Below, in pieces: positions 27,938 to 38,117 of a stretch of 64,000 bases of DNA (position 1 is the stretch's first letter; every line of letters begins with the position of its first letter). This DNA comes from an uncultured cyanobacterium. Its GTDB lineage: Bacteria; Cyanobacteriota; Cyanobacteriia; CAKZMO01. The position numbers and the translations under genes are program-made. The stretch covers positions 32,001-96,000 of the forward strand of contig CAVRCJ010000013.1 of the NCBI GenBank assembly GCA_963719515.1, given 5' to 3'. The notes beneath the pieces were generated by a model that had not been told where the DNA came from, did not search any database, and was given only the letters and a program-made list of their open reading frames with translations.

Positions 27938-29134
27938 TCAGTGACTCCCAGCTACCGCTGAGACATTTCCTGAGAGATTAAGGGCTTGATGTCCCACAGC
28001 CCTATTCAATAGGTTGATAGCCGCGTTGTGGTCGCGACAGATCGTTAAGCCGCATGACGGGCAACTATGGACCCGATCGGCCAGCGTCTTTGGTACCCGC
28101 TCACCACAACCCGAGCAATCAATGCTGGTTCCGCGTGGGTTCTCAGCGATGGTCATCTTTCCAGCTTTCGCGGCTTTGAAAGAGCCTATCTCCAAGAATG
28201 TACCCCATGCGGCATCAGCGATTGACTTTGCCAGTCTGGTTCGAGCAAGTCCTTTGATGTTGAGCTTTTCATGAGCGACAACATCGTACTTTGAAAACAG
28301 CCAATCCCACACCTTAGAAAAGAAATCACGACGCTGACGCGATATCTTTAGGTGTAGTTTGGCGATGCGATTCACCTGCTTACGCCAGCGGTTAGAGCCC
28401 TTCTTCTGTCTCGATAGCTGCCGCTGCAGCTTGGATAGCTGCCGCTCTGAGCGTCGAAAGAACTGAGGGATAGGAACGCTCTCACCGTCACTGGTAACCA
28501 AGAAATCCTTCAGCCCAACATCAACACCGACAGACTTAGCCCTATCGACATCCGGAGTAAGCATCGGAACGGCATTGTTTTCCAGTAACAGGCTCACATA
28601 CCAACCATCTGCTTTGCGAGTCACCTTGGCCGTTTTGACAGTAAACCCATCAGGTATCGGGCGATGAAGGATTAGCTTCACCTGGCCAATCTTAGGCAGG
28701 GTAATACGACTTCCATCGATGCAGTCAGGTTTCATCTGCGGGAACGTGAACGTCCTGTAGCGCCCCGCGCCTTTGAACCGAGGCTTGCCGCTACGCTTAC
28801 CGTTTTTATCACCTTTGATGAAACGCTCGAACGTCTGCTTTACCTGCTTCGTCACCTCCTGAAGCGCTTGTGAGTGCAAATCTTTGTACCAGGGTCGCTC
28901 TCGCTTGAGAGGTACTAGGCTAGCCTTCTGGCTGTAGTAATTAGGATTATCTTTGAGTGGCGCAAGGCTACAGGTGAGTGGGCAGGCGTTGACCGAACAG
29001 CGGTTCATCTCCCACCAGTCGAAGCGCTCAGCCAGCAACCAGTTGTACTGTGCCCGAAGCATATCTAGCCATCGGGTCATGGTAACCGTTTGCTCAGCCG
29101 CTGGACGCAACTTGTACTGATGGGTGACTTTCAT
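27938..29134 (-). CDS. tnpB: RNA-guided endonuclease TnpB
   Basis: QYKLRP; RuvC motifs GVDVG, AHEKL, CRDHNAA; CSGC..CPSC. Confidence 0.92.
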   Translation of the reverse strand: MKVTHQYKLRPAAEQTVTMTRWLDMLRAQYNWLLAERFDWWEMNRCSVNACPLTCSLAPLKDNPNYYSQKASLVPLKRERPWYKDLHSQALQEVTKQVKQTFERFIKGDKNGKRSGKPRFKGAGRYRTFTFPQMKPDCIDGSRITLPKIGQVKLILHRPIPDGFTVKTAKVTRKADGWYVSLLLENNAVPMLTPDVDRAKSVGVDVGLKDFLVTSDGESVPIPQFFRRSERQLSKLQRQLSRQKKGSNRWRKQVNRIAKLHLKISRQRRDFFSKVWDWLFSKYDVVAHEKLNIKGLARTRLAKSIADAAWGTFLEIGSFKAAKAGKMTIAENPRGTSIDCSGCGERVPKTLADRVHSCPSCGLTICRDHNAAINLLNRAVGHQALNLSGNVSAVAGSH

Positions 29135-29167
29135 GCAATAATGATAGCATATTGACATCAGAACGAC

Positions 29168-29350
29168 ATGCAGCAAATAACTATTAGAGCCGCTGACAGA
29201 GAAAAGCAGCATCTTGACAAGTATTGTGAGATGACCGAAAGAACTATCAACGATGTCCTTAGGGAGTACATCCGAAGTTTGGCCGTCTCCGGGGCATTGA
29301 GCCCCATCGACGACCGCGACTCTCATCCCGACGCTCACCCTGACGGGTAG
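29168..29350 (+). CDS. Small ribbon-helix-helix (CopG-like) protein
   Basis: QITIR (strand) + EKQHLDKYCE (helix) + TINDVLREYIRSL (helix). Confidence 0.65.
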   Translation: MQQITIRAADREKQHLDKYCEMTERTINDVLREYIRSLAVSGALSPIDDRDSHPDAHPDG

Positions 29351-29667
29351 AGCGCGGGGCTTCCTGTCTAGTAGCTAAACAACCGTCAAACAACAGCCCT
29401 CAGGGCCGTTGACCTACCATGAGCTATCGACCGCCTCTAACGCTGGGCGCAGTCAATAATGCTAAGCTGCTTCCAGACGAAACCGTCGATGATCACGAGA
29501 CCAGTTTACGCCCTTTTTTTAGCTTGTGAGAACTGACAAAATCCAGCCGTGCGTCACCACGTTGTGTAACGCTGAATGCCTACAGCATTACGGGCTGTGT
29601 GACGCTGCTGGACGAGCTGCTTGGCGTCTACCCCCTTTAGCCCTGACAGGAGTCGATTGTCACCGCC

Positions 29668-30342
29668 ATGTTTATCTTGAAACGACAAGATGTCGAAATT
29701 TCAAGCATTCAGCATCCGAAGCGGAGCCAGAAGGTGCCGATCTTGCAGTATCAGGGTCAAACATTTCGGCTAATTAATATTTTTGGTGCAACTCAGTCCA
29801 ATGAGGCGAGGGCCTTTTGGCGTGACTTGACCGATAACCGAGGCAAGGCCTGTGTGCTGCTAGAAGAGCCTGAGCGCTACAGCATTTGGGGCAAGATTCG
29901 GCTTGATCAGCTGCAGGAGAGCGACGAGGATCCCCCAATTGGCAGTGCCAAACCTGTTTTGGTTCAGGCCTGTCTTCTCCTGCTGCAGGCGGTCCATATT
30001 GATATCGAAGATCTGTTGGGCGATCGCCAGCTCAAAATCTTTGAGCAAGAGCTGGTCAATTTGTTTAAGGGGAACCAGTTTCCGGGGGTAGACAGCCCAG
30101 ATGCGACAAACCAGCTGCTGACCATCGATCCACTGGCATCGCTTCAGGTTCCCCCCTGGCCAGAGGGCCATCTAACGACGCTGCTTCAGGAGCTGCATCG
30201 GTTAGGGAAAGAGCATTTTGGCAACGCGAACTTTACGCAGCGCGTGATGGAGACTTTGGAGGATATGCCAGACCCCGACCGCAGCGCGTTTTTGGCCTGG
30301 CTCAAGCAGTCGCCAGCCGGCCAGGCTTGGCAAATCAGCTGA
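29668..30342 (+). CDS. Conserved cyanobacterial protein (Npun_F0813-like)
   Basis: MFILKRQDVEI..YQGQTFRL..WRDLTDNRGKACVLLEEP. Confidence 0.75.
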   Translation: MFILKRQDVEISSIQHPKRSQKVPILQYQGQTFRLINIFGATQSNEARAFWRDLTDNRGKACVLLEEPERYSIWGKIRLDQLQESDEDPPIGSAKPVLVQACLLLLQAVHIDIEDLLGDRQLKIFEQELVNLFKGNQFPGVDSPDATNQLLTIDPLASLQVPPWPEGHLTTLLQELHRLGKEHFGNANFTQRVMETLEDMPDPDRSAFLAWLKQSPAGQAWQIS

Positions 30343-30414
30343 GCCGCTCAGAACCAGCTATATCGAATTGATGCATGCCTATTGATACGCGCGTCTACCA
30401 CAAGAGGATGAGCT

Positions 30415-31494
30415 ATGAGTGACAATGTCAGCACAAAATCGTTGTCCGTACAAACGGTAGTTCTATTGGCGGCGCTGTGGGGCGTGGTCTCACTGATTAT
30501 CTTCTTATTGGGGAGCCCCATCTCCCCCCGCCCTCAGTGGTACGGCATCACCACCTACGCCTTGGAGAATTTAGCCTTTTTGGGTGCGGCCCTTCTGTGC
30601 TTGCGAAACTGGCGGAGCTCTCAGATTGTCAGCGGTAGGGCGGTGTGGCTATTGTTCGCAATCGGGATGCTGTCTTACTTCGCGGGCAATCTTATCTTGG
30701 CCTGGTGGGAGCTGGTCTGGAATCTGGAGCCCGACGTTTCCCCGGCAGATTTATTCTACCTGCTGACCTATCTGGTGTTGGGGGTTGGCATGCTGCTCGC
30801 CGTGGTGTCAAAGCGGCTAAATCTGACGGCGCTTCAATACGGGATTGTCGCTACGATCGCCGCTGTCGGTATTGGGGTCGCCTACTTTGCCTCCTACAGC
30901 GCCCCTCAAGACGCCGCCGTTTGGCCTCAGCCGGCATTGAGCCGGCCGACTGTATCCGCGGAGATCGTGCCGGCGGCGATCGCTCTAGAGCCCAGTCACT
31001 CCGCCGGTCAGGTAGCCCAAGCGCCGCCCCAGACCCCGCCGCCCGCTGCCCCGGCTGCCCCGGTTACCCCAGACCCCGCGCCAGATGCCCCGCCCCCCAC
31101 ACCAGAGTCCGCTCTAGAGCCCGTCGTCGAAGGCGATTCGTCTACGCCAGCATGGGTGAACGACCTCAATGAAGCCCTAGCGCCGTTCGCGGGTCCGGTC
31201 GGCTTACTGTACGTCGCTGGCGATGTCTTCCTTTTGGTGATGGCAGCGACCCTTTTGCTAGCATTTTGGGGGGGGCGGTTCTCGCTGTCCTGGCGCTTCA
31301 TTGCCGCTGCCGCGTTCTGCTTCTACATTGCCGACGTCTGGTTTGCTTACGCAATCTCCCAAATTGAAGGCTATGAGACGGGCGAGCTCCCTGAGGTTTT
31401 TTGGATTTTTAGCGCCGTGTTGTTTAGCATTGGCGCAGCGCTTGAGTACAGTTTGTCGACGCGATCGCGCCGGGGAATGCGGCGACGTGCCTAG
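30415..31494 (+). CDS. Integral membrane protein with Pro/Ala-rich loop
   Basis: About 8 TM helices, SPADLFY motif. Confidence 0.75.
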   Translation: MSDNVSTKSLSVQTVVLLAALWGVVSLIIFLLGSPISPRPQWYGITTYALENLAFLGAALLCLRNWRSSQIVSGRAVWLLFAIGMLSYFAGNLILAWWELVWNLEPDVSPADLFYLLTYLVLGVGMLLAVVSKRLNLTALQYGIVATIAAVGIGVAYFASYSAPQDAAVWPQPALSRPTVSAEIVPAAIALEPSHSAGQVAQAPPQTPPPAAPAAPVTPDPAPDAPPPTPESALEPVVEGDSSTPAWVNDLNEALAPFAGPVGLLYVAGDVFLLVMAATLLLAFWGGRFSLSWRFIAAAAFCFYIADVWFAYAISQIEGYETGELPEVFWIFSAVLFSIGAALEYSLSTRSRRGMRRRA

Positions 31495-31569
31495 CAGCGC
31501 GGTTAGGATCTCTATCTAGATTCGGTTAGAATCACCTCACATCCCTAACGAGCGAGAGCTGCTAGCCCC

Positions 31570-32565
31570 ATGGCCCCCAAACGACTATCGAACCCAGAGA
31601 AGCAATCCATTCTTCAGCTCTACCGTCAGCCGACAGAAACTACATCTACCCTGGCAGCTCGCTTTGGCGTTAGCAGCAGCACGATTAGCCGCGTCCTGAA
31701 GCAAGGTCTATCGACCGATGAATACGAGGCTCTCGTGCAGCAAAAGCGTACCGGGGTGCCCCGCCCTTTTCCTGCAGCGGCCCCCGATCCTCTTGTGGAG
31801 TCTTCTTCCGAAGGAGTCGCGGCCTCTCGCCGGATTATGGCGACCGTAGAGATAGGAGGGATGGATGCGGGAGAAGTTGGAGGTGTGGTCCCCCCTGCAG
31901 CAGAGGCTGCCGAGACCGAAGAAGTGACCTCCCCACCGCCCGCTAGCACTGGGAAGCCTGGCCCTGTCTTACGAAAGCGCTCGAAGCGGGAAGAGGACGA
32001 CGATGAAGGCGATCGCGATGATGAGAAGACCGTGATCACAGACGGCAGGATGAGCCGCAGCGACGCTATCGACAACAGGGACGATCAGCTAGATGACGAT
32101 GACGACGATGACGATGATGAGTTTCAGGACGACCTAGACGCGGATGATGATTATGACGATGACGACGACGATAGCGACGATGATGATAACGACGACGACT
32201 CAGACGGGACGTTTACCGGCTTCCAGGTAAAAGGCGGCGACTACCTAGACGTGCGCCCGATTACCGAGGCTCAGCTGCCCCGCACCTGCTATCTGGTGAT
32301 CGATCGCGCCGCTGAGTTGATTACCCGCCCCTTGAGCGATTTTGCCGATTTAGGGCGTGTGCCTTCGGGCGAGATAGAAGAGAAAACGCTGCCCGTATTT
32401 GATAACCACAGAATCGCCAAGCGGTTTTCAAATCGCCGGTTCCACCGCATCGTCAAGATTCCAGACAGTCGGCTACTGGTGAAAACCACGGCCTATTTAC
32501 AGGCCAAGGGTATTACGCGGCTGCTATTTGATGGACAGGTCTACGCGCTGTCATCCCCAGACTAG
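31570..32565 (+). CDS. Conserved cyanobacterial HTH protein with acidic linker
   Basis: N-terminal HTH TTSTLAARFGVSSSTISRVLK; Asp-rich tract; conserved C-domain CYLVIDR..ELI. Confidence 0.75.
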   Translation: MAPKRLSNPEKQSILQLYRQPTETTSTLAARFGVSSSTISRVLKQGLSTDEYEALVQQKRTGVPRPFPAAAPDPLVESSSEGVAASRRIMATVEIGGMDAGEVGGVVPPAAEAAETEEVTSPPPASTGKPGPVLRKRSKREEDDDEGDRDDEKTVITDGRMSRSDAIDNRDDQLDDDDDDDDDEFQDDLDADDDYDDDDDDSDDDDNDDDSDGTFTGFQVKGGDYLDVRPITEAQLPRTCYLVIDRAAELITRPLSDFADLGRVPSGEIEEKTLPVFDNHRIAKRFSNRRFHRIVKIPDSRLLVKTTAYLQAKGITRLLFDGQVYALSSPD

Positions 32566-32769
32566 TCTCGGCCTAGCATATCGTCAACAACACAGCGTGA
32601 CGCTATGCCCAATTAGCCAGACTAAAGGCAACAATTTGTTTCTGGGAAACGAGAGAAATCAGACTGCGCCGAACGAAGAATGTTAAGAGTCCATTAGCTG
32701 TGGATGTAAAGCTGTCGGTAGCATCGTAATAGCGAATTTGTAACAGCTGGTGTAAGGGAGACGCATCAA

Positions 32770-34425
32770 ATGAAACCTTGGATATGCGAAGGGGTGGCTA
32801 AGGATGGAGGACAGCACTCAAATCAGAATCCACCAGGGCCACATGAACCTTACGAGAATTATGGGGAAGACTGCGTTATTTGTAACCTGACCCGTGAGCA
32901 GGTTGTCGGCGGTGTGAAGAAAGGCGAAAGCTCATTCCCTGCCAAGGGTCTTGCCGCTCTGGGCCTCGCTGTCTTAGCTGTTCTCGCCGCAGGCTGGTTC
33001 TTCTTCCTTCGGGGCTCTGATCCAGATCCTGTCCCTGTAACAATCAATCAAGACACTGAAGGCGGCAGCGAACCCATAGATGGTCCTTCTGGCTCAGAAG
33101 CTGTGGACCTGACGCCGGAGGCAACTGGACTCCGCCAGGATCTCTACGCGTGGCAGCCCGATCGATTTACATGGGGACAGCAGACGTTTTTCTCGGGCGA
33201 TGCAAACGTGCCGCGTGACGAGGGCATTGAGTCATTTCGGGCCGGAGATTACGCGGCGGCAGCCTCTAGCTTCGATCGCGCTGTGTCAGGAAATCGCAAC
33301 GACCCAGAAGTTTTGATTTTTCACAATAACGCTCGGGCGCAGCAGCAGGGTTCTCCCTATACATTGGCCGTTGTGGTTCCCGTAGAAGGGCGCTCAAAGT
33401 CTGCTGAGGAGATGCTCAGAGGCGTTGCGCAGGCGCAAAATCAGTTCAACGAAGCCGGCGGTCTCGATGGTCGGCTGCTTGAAATTGTCGTCGCCAACGA
33501 TGGAAACGATGCCGAAAATGCCGTGAGAGTGGCAGAGGAAATTGCGGCCGATGACTCTGTATTAGGAGTCATTGGACATAACTCAAGTGATGCCAGCCGG
33601 GCCGCTCTAGAAGTTTACGAACGGGCCGGCCTGCCGATGATCTCTCCAACCAGCACCAGTACTGAGCTAGAGAGCGACTTCTTCTTTAGGACCGTGCCCT
33701 CTGACGCTGCTGCTGCGAGAGAGCTAGCCCAATATGCCCAAAGTCAGGGCCTTTCAAAAGTTGTTATTTTTTACAACCCTGAAAGTAGCTTCAGTAACAG
33801 TCTGAAGTCGGCTTTTGAGAATAGCTTTTCTGAAGGGGGCGGCGAGTCTATCAGCAAAGACATGACAGATTCGGAGCTAGACGCCGGGATTGAGGTTTTT
33901 AGAGCTGCGAGTGAAGATGGGGCCGAAGCGCTTTTGCTGTTTCCAAGCACCAACTACACCAGAGTTGCCATTGAGCTTGCAAGGGCCAACTCAAAGCTGT
34001 CTGAAGGCGAAAGGCTTTCACTATTTGGGGGAGATTCTCTATACAGTATCGATACGGTGGTGGCAGGCGGGGAGGCGACTGAAGGTTTGGTTCTTCCCGT
34101 TCCTTGGTTTGCGGGGGCTCCGCAGTTCAAGACTTTTAGCGACGCGAGCGTGCAGCGGTGGGGTGGGCCGGTGAGCTGGCGGACTGCCATGAGCTTTGAC
34201 GCCGCCCAGGCCCTCATTGAAAGCTTATCTAGCAGCGCGACAAAAGCTGACGTCTTAGACAACTTGAGGCAGATAAATCTACCTAGCGAGGAAACCTCAG
34301 GCCAAGCGTTTGGGTTTGCGGAAAGCGGCGATCGCGAGAGTGAGCCGGTACTGGTTCAGATTGTCAGGGGCTCGGCCAATACCGTTCCGGGGTCGGAGTT
34401 CGGCTTCGAGTTGGTTTCAGACTAA
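32770..34425 (+). CDS. Membrane-anchored Liv-type solute-binding protein with N-terminal Cys/His knuckle and TPR-like segment
   Basis: WICEG..HEPYEN..CVIC; one TM; NDPEVLIF.NNA; LRGVAQAQ, GVIGHNSS, ISPTST, FRTVPSD. Confidence 0.8.
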   Translation: MKPWICEGVAKDGGQHSNQNPPGPHEPYENYGEDCVICNLTREQVVGGVKKGESSFPAKGLAALGLAVLAVLAAGWFFFLRGSDPDPVPVTINQDTEGGSEPIDGPSGSEAVDLTPEATGLRQDLYAWQPDRFTWGQQTFFSGDANVPRDEGIESFRAGDYAAAASSFDRAVSGNRNDPEVLIFHNNARAQQQGSPYTLAVVVPVEGRSKSAEEMLRGVAQAQNQFNEAGGLDGRLLEIVVANDGNDAENAVRVAEEIAADDSVLGVIGHNSSDASRAALEVYERAGLPMISPTSTSTELESDFFFRTVPSDAAAARELAQYAQSQGLSKVVIFYNPESSFSNSLKSAFENSFSEGGGESISKDMTDSELDAGIEVFRAASEDGAEALLLFPSTNYTRVAIELARANSKLSEGERLSLFGGDSLYSIDTVVAGGEATEGLVLPVPWFAGAPQFKTFSDASVQRWGGPVSWRTAMSFDAAQALIESLSSSATKADVLDNLRQINLPSEETSGQAFGFAESGDRESEPVLVQIVRGSANTVPGSEFGFELVSD

Positions 34426-34536
34426 GGGGAGACGCTCTACGAAGACTCATGGGTTACAGCTAAGTAAATATATTGCTCTGTATCGCAGCTTGTGAATTTT
34501 CAAGATACGGCACGCTTTAAAAGATAACTGGAGGAA

Positions 34537-37500
34537 GTGATGGCAGCAGTTCAAGAAAAAAGCATGGTCCCTACTGTCTTGGTAGGCGTGGGGGGAACCG
34601 GTGCGGAAGTACTGCTGCGGACTCGCCGCTTGATTGAAGAGACCTATGGGGGCTTAGAGAAGTTTCCTATTGTGAGCTTTCTTTGGATTGACACAGATAA
34701 AGACTACAAGATCGGCAATCCTGAGGCAGCTGGCTCTCCTTTGAAGGACAACGAAAAATACTGGGCGAGCGTCAGCGGCAAAGAGGTCAGCGACATGATG
34801 ACCAACATGCACAAGTTTCCCTGGATTGAGTCGTGGTTTCCCAGAGAGCTAGAGCGCAATATTGGGGCGCTAGAGGCTGGGGCCGGGCAGATTCGCGCCT
34901 GCGGACGGTTTGCCTTTTTCTACAACTATCACGACATAAAATCACAATTTAACGAAGCCTGCGATCGCACCAAGGGGCATGAGAACTTCATGCAGGATAA
35001 GTACGATATCCGCGTGAACAGCAACGGGATCAATATTTTCATGGTGGGCTCTCTGTCCGGCGGAACCGGAAGCGGCATGATGCTGGATCTGGGCTACTGC
35101 ATTCACAGCTGGCTGAAGGGGCAAGGGAGTCCCCTTGTAACGGCGATCGCGCCTATGCCCAACGCCTTTGCGGGAATTAAAGTCGGCGATCGCGTCCTTG
35201 CTAACGGATACGCGGCGCTTATGGAGTTGAGCTACTTCTCCGACCACCGCACCGAGTATATGGCCCAGTTCAGCAAAGGGCTCACCGACGAGGTCCGCGA
35301 CATCCGCCCGCCGTTCGACTTCACCTATCTGGTGGGCACTAAGAACGGCGAGGTGGAGTTCAACTTAGATCAGCTGCGCGAGATGATCGCGCAAAACATC
35401 TTCCTCGACCTCACCTCCGACTTCGCGCCTCACAAGCGCTCCATTCGAGACAACATAAAAGGCGCTTGGGCTCAAGCCGACCCCGGTGGACGAGGCTACC
35501 CCAAAAATTTCATGAGCTTTGGCCTAGCCACCATCGAAATTCCGATTGCGCAGATTCGCTCCGCGCTGTCCAATCGTCTATCAAGCGACCTCATTAGCTG
35601 GTGGATAAACGACTCTGTCGCCCTACCGCCCAACATGGTAGACCTGGTTCAAACTGATATCCTCAAGCGGATGCGGCTGACGGAGGCAGACCTGCTGAGC
35701 GACATCGCTTCCGCCAATGACAAACTGCTGATCAGCGAAATCGCGGCCTGGGTCAACAGCGTTCGCAACGAGATTGCCACTGGAGACAAGCTTAAGTCTA
35801 CGTACCAGGGCGCTAATCTTTTAGGACCGGAGAAGGGAAATATTCTCGGATTTCTAGACTATCTGCAGCCCAAAGTCGATGAGTACCGGGCCAATCACCT
35901 GCGGGAGCTCAGCACCGACGAGCGAGCCCATGGGGACTTCTTGCAGAAGATGTACGACAACCGCAACCAGATCATTCGCCAAGGGCGGATGGCGCTAGAG
36001 GAAGAGCTGTACGCCGTTATTAGCGATCGCAACCGAGGCCCCAAGTTTGCCGATGCCTTCATCACAACCGTCCGTCAATTGATGACGAACACCGCCGACA
36101 AGTTTCGGCGTGAGTCCGAAAAGATCTATCAGCCCAACGAGACCAACCGTCAGCGGCAGTACGAAGCCGCCTTGCAGGAAATTTCCGAGGCGAGAACGTC
36201 TTTTGGCATTACGAAGCAAGCTCAAATGGATAAAAGCGCCGCCGATGCGCTGAGCGGTTTAGAAGGCAGCCTGGTTGCACTCATACAGCGAAAGACGCGA
36301 TCGCTGGGTTTAGAAGTCATCAACCGCATGGAGGAGCACCTCACGCTCCTAGAGCGGCGCGTCACCCGCCTCAACCAAAAATTTAGACAGCTTCAAGCCG
36401 ACTTCGGGCAGGCCGCAGAACAAGAAGCCAACAGCGCTGACGCCCTCAAAATCAACGGCATGAAGCTCTACGATAGAGATGAGCTAAACCTGCTCTATCA
36501 AGATATGGTCGAGCGCCTCGCAGGCTCTTCAGCAGGGAGCCAGAGCCGGTTTGAGCTAGGACTGGGCCAAATCTGCAGCACCATGACTGAGGATATTCTC
36601 AGGGAGGCTAGCCCGCTGTGGAAAAAGACTCGCCAAAACGATGAGGTGATGCAGCTATTCAATATCACCGAGCTGCCCGAGGTGAACTACGAGGACTTCA
36701 AAGAGAAAATTGAGGACAAAACCCGGGCGACCATCGAGCGCGCCCCCAAAGAAAGTATGCTGAAGCGAAACTTGTCAGCCTGCGATCGGCTGTTCAAGAG
36801 TTTGCAAAATGACGCGGACGACATTCGCAGCAACATCCGCATCGTGCATCAGCGCTCTCAGCCGCTATTAGAGCTGTCGCAGACTGCCTTGATGGGGGCA
36901 GGCTTCACGCCCGCCAAAAACACAAAAGTTGCTATCTTAGGGGGCCGTAACTCTAGCGACCCGGCGGCGATGAAGCTGATTCCCTTTCTTCAGGCCCGCG
37001 TCGGCAGCGCTGATGCTATTACGCCATTGGGGGAGCAAGAGCGTCATCGGGTTGTGTTTGTCCAAGAGATGGGTGGATTTTCGCTCCGATGCGTCAACGG
37101 GATGGAGAGATTACAGCAGTCTTATCAAGACTGGAAAGGGCAGGTGATTGAAGCCAAGCGGGCTCAGATGCGCGGGGAGAGTCGGGATTTGCCTATTCCC
37201 GTACATATTCAAAAAGAGCTGCCCTTTTGGGATATCTTCCCTGAAGACCCAGAAGTGTTCAAGCTGGTGATTCAGGCCAGAGCGCTAAACGTGCTGAATC
37301 TAAGAGAAAACCGCAGTACTGGTGAACCTGTCATTTGCTATGTGCGCAGCACGGTGACTGGGTCTGAGAACATTGATATTGCCTCAAGTTGGGAAGAGAC
37401 GGTTCAGGTGCTGGAGGTTCAGGCTTGCCGCCCTGACAGGGTGGAGATTCAAAAGCAGGTTTCAGCCGTTTTGGCCAAGGCTGAAACGCCTCAGGCAAAG

Positions 37501-38073
37501 CAGGCCCTCTATGAGCGCCTCATGGCGTATCTGCGGCAGCGCGAATCTGAGCTAGACAAGCTGGGCGGCAAGGATAGCGCAGAGTACAAGCGAGAACAAA
37601 CCATTATCCAGAACGTGATTACGACGAACAGGCTGCGGACGGGGCAGGGGTCTGAAAGCCAGCCCAGGTCTCATGCTGGGGGCGATCGCCCAAAGACATC
37701 GGCTAACCCCTCTGCGCGGCGCACGGGGCCTCGGCCTAATGGGTCTGGAGAAGCTGCGAATGACTATGCTCAATTTGAGCAGTATCTCTCTCAGCTCTGG
37801 GATCTTGGAATTCCAGAAGATGCGTTTGTGGCTTCGGCTCGGTCTAAGGCGGCAGAGCTTGAGCTAGATGTGAGGAGGGCAGAAGCCGTGTGGACGAAGT
37901 TCATAGGCCCAGCTGGTCTGACAGCTGAGGAACGTCAATATGAGCAGTATTTGAGCCAATTGTCAGCGATGAATATTCCGAAGGACGCATTGATAGCCTC
38001 TGCGCGAGCCAAGGCCGTGGAGCTACAGATTGGGCCTGAGAAGGCAGAGAGTATTCAAAGTAACTTTATCTAG
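34537..38073 (+). CDS. Tubulin-like (Tubulin_2 family) GTPase-domain protein with long helical region
   Basis: VGVGGTG, IDTD, GAGQIRACGR, GSLSGGTGSG, ANGYAALMEL. Confidence 0.85.
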   Translation: MMAAVQEKSMVPTVLVGVGGTGAEVLLRTRRLIEETYGGLEKFPIVSFLWIDTDKDYKIGNPEAAGSPLKDNEKYWASVSGKEVSDMMTNMHKFPWIESWFPRELERNIGALEAGAGQIRACGRFAFFYNYHDIKSQFNEACDRTKGHENFMQDKYDIRVNSNGINIFMVGSLSGGTGSGMMLDLGYCIHSWLKGQGSPLVTAIAPMPNAFAGIKVGDRVLANGYAALMELSYFSDHRTEYMAQFSKGLTDEVRDIRPPFDFTYLVGTKNGEVEFNLDQLREMIAQNIFLDLTSDFAPHKRSIRDNIKGAWAQADPGGRGYPKNFMSFGLATIEIPIAQIRSALSNRLSSDLISWWINDSVALPPNMVDLVQTDILKRMRLTEADLLSDIASANDKLLISEIAAWVNSVRNEIATGDKLKSTYQGANLLGPEKGNILGFLDYLQPKVDEYRANHLRELSTDERAHGDFLQKMYDNRNQIIRQGRMALEEELYAVISDRNRGPKFADAFITTVRQLMTNTADKFRRESEKIYQPNETNRQRQYEAALQEISEARTSFGITKQAQMDKSAADALSGLEGSLVALIQRKTRSLGLEVINRMEEHLTLLERRVTRLNQKFRQLQADFGQAAEQEANSADALKINGMKLYDRDELNLLYQDMVERLAGSSAGSQSRFELGLGQICSTMTEDILREASPLWKKTRQNDEVMQLFNITELPEVNYEDFKEKIEDKTRATIERAPKESMLKRNLSACDRLFKSLQNDADDIRSNIRIVHQRSQPLLELSQTALMGAGFTPAKNTKVAILGGRNSSDPAAMKLIPFLQARVGSADAITPLGEQERHRVVFVQEMGGFSLRCVNGMERLQQSYQDWKGQVIEAKRAQMRGESRDLPIPVHIQKELPFWDIFPEDPEVFKLVIQARALNVLNLRENRSTGEPVICYVRSTVTGSENIDIASSWEETVQVLEVQACRPDRVEIQKQVSAVLAKAETPQAKQALYERLMAYLRQRESELDKLGGKDSAEYKREQTIIQNVITTNRLRTGQGSESQPRSHAGGDRPKTSANPSARRTGPRPNGSGEAANDYAQFEQYLSQLWDLGIPEDAFVASARSKAAELELDVRRAEAVWTKFIGPAGLTAEERQYEQYLSQLSAMNIPKDALIASARAKAVELQIGPEKAESIQSNFI

Positions 38074-38117
38074 ATTATTGTTCGACATAGCGCAATTTAT
38101 CTCCCGAGGTCAGCCAA

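Larger units (their letters stand above)
27892..29374 (-). mobile_element. IS1341-type element with tnpB and a divergent small RHH gene
   Basis: Left- and right-end hairpins; TTAG target at 29375-29378 (minus strand); right end TCAC. Confidence 0.9.

Noticed and set aside
4326..29134. Nuclease-dead TnpB (TldR-like repressor)
   Set aside because: Both TnpBs retain the D, E and D RuvC residues
29135..29338. N-terminal extension of tnpB in the 466-aa ORF call
   Set aside because: Homology begins at MKVTHQYKLRP (29134); the extension overlaps the left end and the opposite-strand RHH gene
31570..32565. Transposase
   Set aside because: HTH only; no DDE or HUH catalytic motif and no terminal repeats
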